Shown here piece by piece: positions 55,637 through 64,000 of a DNA stretch of 64,000 nt. The translations under genes were made by a program, and so were the position numbers. Every line of letters begins with the position of its first letter. Position 1 is the stretch's first letter. The stretch comes from an uncultured Pseudomonadales bacterium (GTDB lineage Bacteria; Patescibacteriota; Microgenomatia; UBA1400; UBA1396): the NCBI GenBank assembly GCA_964511175.1, contig CAZEEI010000003.1, positions 13,716 through 77,715 on the forward strand, read 5' to 3'. The notes below the pieces were generated by a model. That model saw nothing but the letters and a program-made list of their open reading frames with translations, was not told where the DNA came from and ran no database searches.

Positions 55637-56535
55637 TGGTTAAAGATTTGCTTGATTTTAGCCAGCCACCGTCGCAAGCCACTTGATTGTTCGTACTCTC
55701 GTTTGGCTTCCCACCAACGGGCGTCGCGGGCATATTTTTGGAGAATGGCGGATAGTTTGGGCGGTTCATTTTTATCGGCAAAACCACGGTGTTCCCAACT
55801 TTGAGCCACTTCCATGACGCTGGTACATCCTTGCAGGATACTAAGGAATTCGCCGTGGCGGCCATCTTGACAGCCAGACTGGGCGTAATAACGGTTGAGT
55901 AACTCGGTAAAAAATGCCCCTAATGGATCAAGATCTTTGTCCGCCGCCGTAGCATTTTGCGCCGCCACAATCGCCGCGTAGCGTTGGGCTCGGTCCCAAT
56001 ATTCGTCTATGCCATTGTAGTTGTAATGGATAATGGCCACTTTTTCGTCTGGCGGTAAGTAAATAGCTTTACCGCTCACTTTTGGCACGCTATGGATTTG
56101 TGGCAACCAGGTTACTGCGTCACGCCGAAACAGGCGCAGTTGGTAATCCGGCCACCAGCCGGTGTGCATGAATTTGCCAAAGATAATATTTTGGCGAGGT
56201 AGAAAATAAGCATCAGCTTCCGGATCGCTGATCAACTTAATCAGTTGATCCCGTAATTGTTCGGACAGAATTTCGTCCGCATCTAGAATTAAAATCCAGT
56301 CACCGCTGGCCGCGGCAATAGCAGCGTTACGTGCCGGTTCCACATAACCCACATCGTCATGAAAAAACACCCGCGCGTCAAACATTGCCGCCACGTCAGT
56401 AGTGGCGTCGGTGCTGTGCATATCCATCACCACAATTTCGTCAACCACTTCTTTAGCGCTGTGCAAGCACCGCTCCAGAGTTCCGGCGGCGTTTTTGGTA
56501 TTAACTACTAGACTTAAATTTGGTTTCATCGCCAT
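55633..56535 (-). CDS. Glycosyltransferase family 2
   Basis: LSLVVNTKN...MDMHSTD...LDADE. Confidence 0.8.
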   Translation of the reverse strand: MAMKPNLSLVVNTKNAAGTLERCLHSAKEVVDEIVVMDMHSTDATTDVAAMFDARVFFHDDVGYVEPARNAAIAAASGDWILILDADEILSEQLRDQLIKLISDPEADAYFLPRQNIIFGKFMHTGWWPDYQLRLFRRDAVTWLPQIHSVPKVSGKAIYLPPDEKVAIIHYNYNGIDEYWDRAQRYAAIVAAQNATAADKDLDPLGAFFTELLNRYYAQSGCQDGRHGEFLSILQGCTSVMEVAQSWEHRGFADKNEPPKLSAILQKYARDARWWEAKREYEQSSGLRRWLAKIKQIFNQ

Positions 56536-58049
56536 ATTCCTAAAGATTGTAGTTCGCTTTTGAGGCTCTTCCAGCCTACCAAAAGAAAGGCCAGTGTGTA
56601 TACACCACTAGTCAATAACATACCGCTGCCTAAGTATAGGAAAGATCGCGACCAAAAGCTCCAGCCGATTAGCCCCACGGCAATCATGGCACTAGTGGCC
56701 GCCAATTGCCGCCAAATTGCTGGCCAGACGCGAAAGGGTACAACTTGGCGTAGCAGATAAATCGTGGCTACCGAAGAAAAGCCAATCAAAGCGGAAGCAA
56801 CGGCCACGCCATTAAAGCCAATCAACCAAACTGCTATGGGGGAAATAGTCCAAGTGAGCACGGTCCACATAATCATCAACTTCAACGTTTTATTGATTTC
56901 ACCGATGGCATTGAGCGTGTTGGTGAGCGGTGTGGAAATGGATCCCCAAGCGATATTGACGGCAAAGAAAACAAACGACCAAACTGCCGGCGTCCATTTG
57001 GTGTATTGCGGGACGAGCTGGAGAATCGGGAAAAGGAAAAGTGACATGCCGGCCAAAAGCGGCAGGATCAGCAAGGTGATAAAGTATAGCGTTTTATGCA
57101 AAGCCCGCGCTAGTCGCTCCTTGTCATGTTGAAGGCGAGCGAAGGTGGGAAAAGTAACGGCCATGACGTTGTTAACGCTAAATTGTTGTGGAAAAGTCAC
57201 CCACCGCCGTGCCCACGCGATATAGCCCAACTGGTTGAGCGGCAGGAAGGAACCCAGCACGACGATAAATAAGTCGTCTTTAATTCGAGCCAATAGATCA
57301 TTGAGTTGGAACTTAGCCCCAAAGCGCAGCAGGTGACGAAACGCTGACCAGTCGAAACCAAAACCAAAGGGCCAGCGCTTAATGGCGTACATAGTTATTA
57401 CGCCCGCCAGTCCCCGCAACACTACGGCGACGGTGTAGCTAGTGATACCCCAACCTTGCCAAGCCAGGATAATCGTGGTGCCGTGGAAAATAGTGTTCTC
57501 CACAATGCCGGGGATAACGATCTGGTCAAAACGCAACTCACGTTCCAGTAGAATCGAAGGAATAGTTTTAAGAGAAGCCAAAAAGAACGAGCTGGCTAGG
57601 GCGTACAACAGAGCCAATTCGGCAGTGCCAAAACCACGACCCCTCCAATAGGGAGTCAGGGCTACCAAAATACCGGCAATCACCAGCGACAAAACTTGTT
57701 GGACGGTGAAAGTGGTGCGCATTTCCGGCACAGTAGGCGATTCTTTCTTTTGTACCAGCGAGGCAGCCAGACCGATATCGGACAAAAAAGTAAAAAGACC
57801 GATTACGGCCGTAACCAGGTAGTAGACACCAAATTCGGCTTCGGTTAGGAAAGCACTTAGTACGGCCGCGGCAACCAAGGCCATGCCATATAACCAAAAG
57901 GAACGGATCGAGTAACTAAGTACCCCTTTTACCGAACGCTGTTTGACTTGCTGCAGCGATTCGGTGGTAATTTCCGCCAATTCCGCTTCATTATCTGTTT
58001 CGCGGTTAGAGATAATATTTTTAAGAGTAGTTTCAGTGAGTGGTTTCAT
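56526..58049 (-). CDS. Polysaccharide/oligosaccharide flippase (Wzx-like, MOP superfamily)
   Basis: About 12-14 TM helices with a polysaccharide-biosynthesis-protein-like N-terminus. Confidence 0.7.
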   Translation of the reverse strand: MKPLTETTLKNIISNRETDNEAELAEITTESLQQVKQRSVKGVLSYSIRSFWLYGMALVAAAVLSAFLTEAEFGVYYLVTAVIGLFTFLSDIGLAASLVQKKESPTVPEMRTTFTVQQVLSLVIAGILVALTPYWRGRGFGTAELALLYALASSFFLASLKTIPSILLERELRFDQIVIPGIVENTIFHGTTIILAWQGWGITSYTVAVVLRGLAGVITMYAIKRWPFGFGFDWSAFRHLLRFGAKFQLNDLLARIKDDLFIVVLGSFLPLNQLGYIAWARRWVTFPQQFSVNNVMAVTFPTFARLQHDKERLARALHKTLYFITLLILPLLAGMSLFLFPILQLVPQYTKWTPAVWSFVFFAVNIAWGSISTPLTNTLNAIGEINKTLKLMIMWTVLTWTISPIAVWLIGFNGVAVASALIGFSSVATIYLLRQVVPFRVWPAIWRQLAATSAMIAVGLIGWSFWSRSFLYLGSGMLLTSGVYTLAFLLVGWKSLKSELQSLGIWR

Positions 58050-59740
58050 CGTCCTTTTCTCCGTTTAACTGACCAAGTAGCCATAGCGGCAAGGCTAATC
58101 CAGGCCAGTTCACTAACTAGCAGTGTACGCCAACGCCAAGGAGTGGGGGTAAAGCGGGCGCCCACACTAGTCACTGGTTTGGTGAATTGATGCTGTCGCC
58201 GTCCATCCGGCAAAAGCAGTGGCGTGATGGGTTGATCATTAACATAGTATTCCCATCCCGGAAAATCGGCGATATTCCAAGTGATAGTACCAGCGGATTG
58301 ATCGGTAAACAGGAGTAATTCCTGCGGCCGGTTTAGTTCCCAACGAGTGCTATTGTCTGGTTCGACGACAATCCGTTGATCTGGAGCCACTGGCGGTAGA
58401 GAGCGGTTGAAGGTGAGTGGTAAATAATCCGGCAAGATTTCACTCATTTGGGTGCGGATCCGCTGGGGATCGGTGTAGTAGTAACCATCATCTTCGGGTA
58501 AAAACTTTTCGGGACGGTGGAAAGACCACTGGCCAATCAACACCAGCCCAATTAAGCCCAAGCCAGTCAGCCAGCGATAAAGTGGAGCGTGAATACGGCT
58601 CACACCCCAACTAGCTACGGCGGTCAAAAGGACAATCGCTACTCCCAAAAAACGCCAGGGAAATTGGATGAAGGGTAAAATGGGAACTGCTTCCCAAATT
58701 AGTTGGGAATGGGTTAGGGTGAGGGCGAGTGAGCCAACTGCCGCCAAGCCGAAGCTGATAATTAGGTAGTCGCGCTCGTCGCCGGACCAACGGTGTTTTT
58801 TTTGCCACTGGTGCCAAACACGGTGAATTAAATTTAAGCCGGTTAGAGCGACAGCGGCAATCAAAGGCCAACCGAGGTGAAAACTAAAGCCGTCGTTAGG
58901 GCCAAACTCGGAACCGCCGTAACCCCAGTGTGGCAGGAAAAGTTGGCGGATATACAAGAAATGGAGGTGGTAGTCAAAATAGCCAGAGAGTATTTCGCCG
59001 ATTGTGGTTTGGTCTTTTTCCAGCCAGGCTGGTAGGGCGTAAAACAAACTGAGCAGTAGGCCCAGTAGGCCGGCCATGATTAGGGTGAAACTTTTGTGGC
59101 GGCGGCGGGGCTGGGTGGTTAACCAAATGTTTAGTAAGCCGAGGGTATAGAGAATGGGTAATGCCAGCAAAGCAGTAAGATTGTGGGTCAAAACTAGGGC
59201 GGCTGTCCAAAAGGCGGTGTAGATTAAACCGCGGCGCGCGTGTTGGGGAATCAGCCAGAGGCCGTACAAAATCCAGGGCAGGATACCGATGGCGAAAACT
59301 TCGTTCAGCGCGCCGCGCACATATAAATCCACGGCACGATAGGGCGCAGCTAGCAGCAAGGTGGCTCCCACCAAACCAGCAACTCGACCCCAACGGCGCA
59401 AAAACAAATACATGCCGGTAAACGCCAATAGCCCCGTTAGGGCAAACACCATTTTAACCGACCAAACCGGCGTCAGTCCCAAGCTGTTGAGCACGACACT
59501 CAAGAAGGAAGGTAGCGGACCATAGAATAGGAATAAAGGCATACCGTAGCCAAAGCCTAAGTTTTGCGCCCAGATCGCCGGCCACTGCCCGGCATCCAGC
59601 GCCCGTTTCATCTCCACTAGGCGGGCTACGTGGGTAAAGTCATGTACCCGGAAAAAAGTCGGTTGGAAAAAAGCCCAGCTAAACGCCGCTAACAAAACGA
59701 GCGACAGAGATAAGACGAACCAGTTTTTTAAGTACTTCAT
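58046..59740 (-). CDS. Polytopic membrane protein; putative GT-C glycosyltransferase (YfhO/DUF2079-like)
   Basis: Many TM helices, a large C-terminal periplasmic domain, and RVHDFTHV in the first loop. Confidence 0.45.
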   Translation of the reverse strand: MKYLKNWFVLSLSLVLLAAFSWAFFQPTFFRVHDFTHVARLVEMKRALDAGQWPAIWAQNLGFGYGMPLFLFYGPLPSFLSVVLNSLGLTPVWSVKMVFALTGLLAFTGMYLFLRRWGRVAGLVGATLLLAAPYRAVDLYVRGALNEVFAIGILPWILYGLWLIPQHARRGLIYTAFWTAALVLTHNLTALLALPILYTLGLLNIWLTTQPRRRHKSFTLIMAGLLGLLLSLFYALPAWLEKDQTTIGEILSGYFDYHLHFLYIRQLFLPHWGYGGSEFGPNDGFSFHLGWPLIAAVALTGLNLIHRVWHQWQKKHRWSGDERDYLIISFGLAAVGSLALTLTHSQLIWEAVPILPFIQFPWRFLGVAIVLLTAVASWGVSRIHAPLYRWLTGLGLIGLVLIGQWSFHRPEKFLPEDDGYYYTDPQRIRTQMSEILPDYLPLTFNRSLPPVAPDQRIVVEPDNSTRWELNRPQELLLFTDQSAGTITWNIADFPGWEYYVNDQPITPLLLPDGRRQHQFTKPVTSVGARFTPTPWRWRTLLVSELAWISLAAMATWSVKRRKGR

Positions 59741-61287
59741 AACACCTCATATAACTCTAGATCGGTAGCCCCGTAAGGACGCGGATAACGAGCCAATAGT
59801 TTGACCTGATCAGCCGGCACTTCCATTCGGTTAGCGTTGACGACCAGCCAAGTCGGATGATCCAATGCCTCAGCCCGGACCCAATCGGGCAGGTATTTTA
59901 CTGGATATTGTTCCAAACCCTCGATCCGCAGGTATTGAATTTCCGGTGCGCGGTCAAAGTACATCAGTAAGCCATCTGGCAGAGTACCAAAGGAACCTTC
60001 TGTAACCACGGTGGTGCGTTCCCCGCGACGCGCGCGAGTCAGCAATTGGTCACGAATGGCGGTTAGGCCATGGCCGGAAGACCAACTAGTTAAGTATTGT
60101 TCCCGATCGGCTAGGACAAAAGGAATCTGGTTGGGAGTAAAGTAACTAAGCAGCATAAAACGTAGTGAGCCGATCAGAAAGAAGCCAACCAGAACCACAA
60201 ACACCAGGCGGAAGAAACCATCTTTGGCGTGATCGACCATCTGCCAAGCTTCGGCCGTAAATAGTGCGGCGCTCAAAGTTAGGAAAGGCGCAACCGGCAA
60301 AAAGTAGCGCGGGTGTAGAGTACGGCCGTAAACGACCAGGGGTGCGGCCATCATTGCGGCGCCTAACCACCAGAGCCAATGGCGTCGATTTTGCCGTGAA
60401 AGTAGCAGAGCAATAGCGCTGAGTGACAACAATTCGGGCCGCAAGTAAGCACTAAGCCACTGCAGTAATCGACCGACATTATCTAAGGAAGTCCGCCACT
60501 GTCCAGCTAGTAATTCAGCGGTGGTAAAAGTGAAATCATTAGAGCGGCCGAACAAACTGCCAAAGTTTGGTTGCAGGCGCAGGGAGTAAAAGATGAGCAG
60601 ACCTAGCAAACCAGCACTGCCAAAGTAAATCAGCCGCCCCAGCCACTCGCGCCAGGCCAGTGAACGTAGTGGCCGGTGGTCAAGACACCAGGGTCCCGAG
60701 AGAGCAAAGGCGACAAAAAAGGGAGCTAAGAAAAGGGCCGGCGTTTTGGTCCAAAGAGCTAATCCCCAACCTAGGCCGCCAACCAAAACGCCGGCCCAGC
60801 GTCGCCCCGGAAAATGGATTAAAGTCAGACCGACTATGGTCACACTCAACCACAAAGTCAATGTCGCATCCAGCAGTGCCATGCGGTGGTGGAAGAACCA
60901 AAACGGAGCCAGCAGAATAATCGACGCGCTGGCCAGTCGGGCAATGCGGTTGCCCCCATAACGTCGCACCAGCCAGTCGCTGGTGGCCAGTTGGCCTAAA
61001 CCAACCACCACACTAACCAGCCGACCAGCCCACAACGGATCGTTGGCTACCGTCAGAAAAGGGGTTAACATCCAGATAAATAAGGGAGGTTTACCATCGT
61101 TAAGCGAAAAGAAAGCATAGCGGGACGGTTCGTGCAAAATCAACTGAGCCCAGCGAATATAAATGGCTTCGTCGGCAAAAACCGGCAGAGTAGTGAGTCG
61201 AATTAGGCGTGAAGCCAGATACAGCAACCCGGCGCCAACCGCGCTCAGCCACGGTAACCAGCGCGCCGACTGCCAGTGTTTGGTCAT
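59737..61287 (-). CDS. GT-C glycosyltransferase, ArnT/PMT-like (GT83/GT39)
   Basis: FADEAIYIRWAQ motif and a polytopic topology. Confidence 0.7.
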   Translation of the reverse strand: MTKHWQSARWLPWLSAVGAGLLYLASRLIRLTTLPVFADEAIYIRWAQLILHEPSRYAFFSLNDGKPPLFIWMLTPFLTVANDPLWAGRLVSVVVGLGQLATSDWLVRRYGGNRIARLASASIILLAPFWFFHHRMALLDATLTLWLSVTIVGLTLIHFPGRRWAGVLVGGLGWGLALWTKTPALFLAPFFVAFALSGPWCLDHRPLRSLAWREWLGRLIYFGSAGLLGLLIFYSLRLQPNFGSLFGRSNDFTFTTAELLAGQWRTSLDNVGRLLQWLSAYLRPELLSLSAIALLLSRQNRRHWLWWLGAAMMAAPLVVYGRTLHPRYFLPVAPFLTLSAALFTAEAWQMVDHAKDGFFRLVFVVLVGFFLIGSLRFMLLSYFTPNQIPFVLADREQYLTSWSSGHGLTAIRDQLLTRARRGERTTVVTEGSFGTLPDGLLMYFDRAPEIQYLRIEGLEQYPVKYLPDWVRAEALDHPTWLVVNANRMEVPADQVKLLARYPRPYGATDLELYEVL

Positions 61288-61342
61288 GATTTTATTGTAG
61301 GGGAGAAGGGGTGATTATGCCATCAAGAGTTATAATTGTCCT

Positions 61343-61852
61343 GTGTCTAACGACCTCAAATTAATCGCCAATGATTTTAATCACAGTCAAGCCCTTTTTG
61401 ATGCGCAAAAATTAGTTTTACAACAACTTCTTCAGGGTTTCGATGTTTTAATTGAACACTTTGGCAGCACCGCCATTCCTGGCACTATTGGCAAAGGCAT
61501 CATCGATATTTTGGTTTCGGTAAACGAAGAAGATCAGCTGAAGATTAAGGATTTACTGATATCATCCGGTTACCGCCGGGGTGAACTTAATAAAAAACCG
61601 GACGGTCGACTTTTCTTTTGTAACGTAATGGGGCAAAGCCAAGCCGGCGATATCCATTTACATTTAGTAATTAAGAATTCAGAAAACCGACTGCAAGTTA
61701 TTCGTTTTCGCGATTATTTACTCAGTCATCCGAAAGAAATAGAACTCTACAACCAGGAAAAACGACGTTTGGCTAAAACTACCGGCTATAACCGACATGA
61801 ATATACATCCCAGAAAGCTGGATTTATCAGGAAGCTGATCGGTAAGGCCTAG
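61343..61852 (+). CDS. GrpB/UPF0157 family protein (nucleotidyltransferase-like)
   Basis: HFGSTAIPGTIGKGIIDILV matches the GrpB signature. Confidence 0.75.
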   Translation: MSNDLKLIANDFNHSQALFDAQKLVLQQLLQGFDVLIEHFGSTAIPGTIGKGIIDILVSVNEEDQLKIKDLLISSGYRRGELNKKPDGRLFFCNVMGQSQAGDIHLHLVIKNSENRLQVIRFRDYLLSHPKEIELYNQEKRRLAKTTGYNRHEYTSQKAGFIRKLIGKA

Positions 61853-62124
61853 TTATTGTGTAGAGTATAGTTTTGCAACAATACGCCATACATTAAATAC
61901 CGTTCAATGGCCTCCGAGGAAAGATCGTTGGTCTCAACTTGATTAATCTGATCGGCGATATCTTTGATGTATCTTTTCTTAGCTTGCTGGGCAAGTGGTT
62001 TTGACCAACGCTTGGCTTCCTGTAAAAAACGTTTTGCTGCAGCGATCGATCCCCGTTGTTGCAAACTAACTACGCGAAACAGATCGTTCGAAAGTGAACC
62101 CACTAAAAGAATGTTGTCGGTCAT
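61849..62124 (-). CDS. Small hypothetical protein
   Basis: 91-aa ORF with no recognised motif. Confidence 0.35.
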   Translation of the reverse strand: MTDNILLVGSLSNDLFRVVSLQQRGSIAAAKRFLQEAKRWSKPLAQQAKKRYIKDIADQINQVETNDLSSEAIERYLMYGVLLQNYTLHNN

Positions 62125-62181
62125 AGCATTGCTCTAAGGATCATGACCGTATGATAACAAATTAGTTGCTGACGAAAAGAG

Positions 62182-63093
62182 TTACATCGGGCCCAGTACG
62201 CCAGCCACGGCAATCACTCCAGTAATCACTTTATCCTCAAAAATATCGTCGTCGAACGCTTGGCCCTCGCCCGCTTCTAGTATTTCGGCAATAAGATTAT
62301 CTTCGGTAAGGGTTTCATCTTCCTGGGAATAAATGGCCATCATTTCCGCGAAGGTAATCCCCAGCTGGTTAACAACCACTTCCCGTACGAGTGCGTTTTG
62401 ATATGCCTCTAAACGGCTGTCGCTGATCCAACCTAAGCCGCCTTCCGCTTTACCGCGCCGCCAAACAGCGAAAATATCGGCAAAGCGGCCACGGCGCAAG
62501 TTTTCCAAAATAAGTACATCGGTCATCGCCGTTAGGAAATAATCTTTACGTTGAGCCATCGGAATCTCTAATTTTCGGTAGGTTTGAGTCATAAAGCGTT
62601 CAATAAAGTGGCAGATCAAAAAGTGCATTTGCGCTAGTACGTGTTCAGGTGCAATTTGCGTGAATCCCCAAATGGCTTGATCGGAGCGCAGATCACCGTC
62701 CTGCGGTTTTAATCCGGCGTCGGCAATATCTTGCCCGTTTTGCATCCGCTCGCGCAGTTCGGTTAAAGCTGCTTGGTAAAGAGGAGACTGGGGGTCTAAA
62801 GCTTCATTTAGTGTCTGGATCATGGTTTGGCGATGTGGGCCCAGTTCAGCCAAGAGCGAATCGGCGCCCGGTTTCCCCCTGGACTGGTTAACATCGGCAA
62901 TGATTTTTGTGTCATCAGGAGATAAAGCGATTAATCTTTTCAAAAGCAGCCGATAAGCAAAGAAAGTATGACCAATCTCTGCCTGATTCTCTGGTGAGGC
63001 AAAGTTAGCGCGGGTTTGCTCTAACCGATCAAACTTCAATTGGTCGGCAAAATGCTGCACGTGGGAGCTGATGGTTTCAAGCGGAAACTTCAT
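62182..63093 (-). CDS. Hypothetical protein, translationally coupled to the upstream histidine kinase; not a response regulator
   Basis: Its ATG overlaps the HK stop (ATGA). There is no receiver-domain motif, and the C-terminus is hydrophobic. Confidence 0.5.
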   Translation of the reverse strand: MKFPLETISSHVQHFADQLKFDRLEQTRANFASPENQAEIGHTFFAYRLLLKRLIALSPDDTKIIADVNQSRGKPGADSLLAELGPHRQTMIQTLNEALDPQSPLYQAALTELRERMQNGQDIADAGLKPQDGDLRSDQAIWGFTQIAPEHVLAQMHFLICHFIERFMTQTYRKLEIPMAQRKDYFLTAMTDVLILENLRRGRFADIFAVWRRGKAEGGLGWISDSRLEAYQNALVREVVVNQLGITFAEMMAIYSQEDETLTEDNLIAEILEAGEGQAFDDDIFEDKVITGVIAVAGVLGPM

Positions 63094-64000
63094 TGGTTGT
63101 ATTGTACAACGGTTGGTTTTTCGGTTTTGGTGATACCGACTGGCAAGATTACCGTCACTGTGGTTCCGTGATTCAACTGCGATTCATATTGACATTCGCC
63201 ACCAAACTTTTTCTGTATTGTTTCTTGGACAAAAGCCACACCCAAGCCGGTACCACCTCGCTTTTGGGTGTAGAAGCGCTGGCCCAACCGCCGCAGTTGA
63301 GCAGTTGACATGCCTTTACCATTATCTTTAACCATAATCATAATTTTTCTTTTTTGTTGAGTGGCTCGCAAGCTGATTTTTCCGCCCGATTGATCGATTA
63401 GTGCTTCCAAGCTATTTTGCACCAGGTTTAATAAAACTTGGCGGAGTAAAGTTAAATCGCCAGCAATGGTAAGATCGACCGGGCAAAATAAACGTAACTC
63501 CACTTGTTGGCGGACTAAAAGGTGATGCACCACGTGCTGCACTTCGCTAAAGACCGCGCTAATTTTGATGTTGGTTGATGTGGCCGGTTCATTTTTTAAA
63601 TGACTGCGTGCCTGCCGGAGAACACTACAGGCATAGCCGAGACAAGATTCTAAGTCACTGCGTTGCCGATTAGAAAGTTGCGGACCGATTTCGGTAACAA
63701 TATTACTTAAAGTCGAAAGTGGCCCCGATAAATTGTGTAAGACCGCCGCTGCGTAATATCCCAGAGTTTGTAAAGTGGAAGCAGTTTGCCACTGAGACGA
63801 CAAGGCCAGAGCCTGCTCTTCGCGTTCTTGGCCAAGCCGTTGTACTAAGTGTCGTAGCCACAACAGTTGTTGAGTATGGTGGCGGCGCTGTTGAATTAGC
63901 CGGATACTTTCCAACCAGCCGCTTAGAAGTAAAAAAGCCAAAATTGGTAGGGAGGCTATGGTTGAGCGATTAAACCAAAGTAAAATAATTAACCACGCGT
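63090..64000 (-). CDS. Sensor histidine kinase; 5'-partial, continuing beyond the window
   Basis: H-box region LHNLSGPLSTL..., HATPase_c motifs (DNGKGM, GGTGLGVA), and an N-terminal TM region that runs off the window end. Confidence 0.8.
   Translation of the reverse strand, partial: AWLIILLWFNRSTIASLPILAFLLLSGWLESIRLIQQRRHHTQQLLWLRHLVQRLGQEREEQALALSSQWQTASTLQTLGYYAAAVLHNLSGPLSTLSNIVTEIGPQLSNRQRSDLESCLGYACSVLRQARSHLKNEPATSTNIKISAVFSEVQHVVHHLLVRQQVELRLFCPVDLTIAGDLTLLRQVLLNLVQNSLEALIDQSGGKISLRATQQKRKIMIMVKDNGKGMSTAQLRRLGQRFYTQKRGGTGLGVAFVQETIQKKFGGECQYESQLNHGTTVTVILPVGITKTEKPTVVQYNQ

Noticed and set aside
63102-63140. Fourth TTGTACAA-containing sequence (TTGTATTGTACAACGGTTGGTTTTTCGGTTTTGGTGATACCGA) resembling the regulatory module.
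   Set aside because: It lies wholly inside the 3' coding end of the histidine kinase gene, coding ...PVGITKTEKPTVVQYNQ*. It lacks the phased second box and the TGaTATA element, so it is probably a coincidental or fossil match.
1-64000. CRISPR arrays, rRNA genes, RNase P, SRP or tmRNA genes, and IS elements.
   Set aside because: No regularly spaced direct repeats, no long non-coding stretches (the largest intergenic gaps are about 314, 270 and 193 bp), and no transposase-like ORFs were seen.

Overview
This 64-kb window looks like a chromosomal segment from a small-genome bacterium, probably a Patescibacteria/CPR-like lineage (Saccharibacteria-type). The hints are a short IF-2, a short CysRS, no encoded CCA on the one tRNA-like element, and many PMT/ArnT-type membrane glycosyltransferases. 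The genetic code is standard, because UGA is used as a stop throughout.

Layout, left to right:
- Ribosomal and replication/repair core: 3' end of secY, adk, infA, rpmJ, the alpha operon (rpsM, rpsK, rpsD, rpoA, rplQ), rplM, rpsI, then dnaX, ybaB and recR.
- A proline-rich protein gene and cysS.
- A visibly AT-rich, horizontally acquired defense island between cysS and a convergent uvrA. It is a single tightly coupled operon: hsdM (with an N-terminal HTH fusion), dinD, hsdS, a cGAS/DncV-like (SMODS) nucleotidyltransferase, a two-TM SLATT-like protein, and hsdR. In other words a minimal CBASS-like sensor/effector pair is nested inside a type I R-M operon.
- A PIN toxin/antitoxin pair, glycosyltransferases, and a clan GH-A hydrolase.
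- The hrcA-grpE-dnaK-dnaJ operon, with a CIRCE operator and an unusual 47-nt perfect palindrome next to it.
- nusA, infB, recA and a RodZ-like/ftsK pair.
- pyk, rdgB, an atypical tRNA-like element followed by an AT-rich islet, and three tandem GT39/ArnT-like paralogs.
- A large envelope-glycan locus: GT2 x4, GT4, a Wzx flippase and GT-C proteins.
- GrpB and a partial sensor histidine kinase.

The main non-coding signal is a recurring cis-regulatory module. It has two to three copies of the palindromic 8-mer TTGTACAA, about 22 bp apart, ending 20 nt upstream of an extended -10 (TGaTATA). It occurs at three intergenic sites. No rRNA and no CRISPR array were seen.
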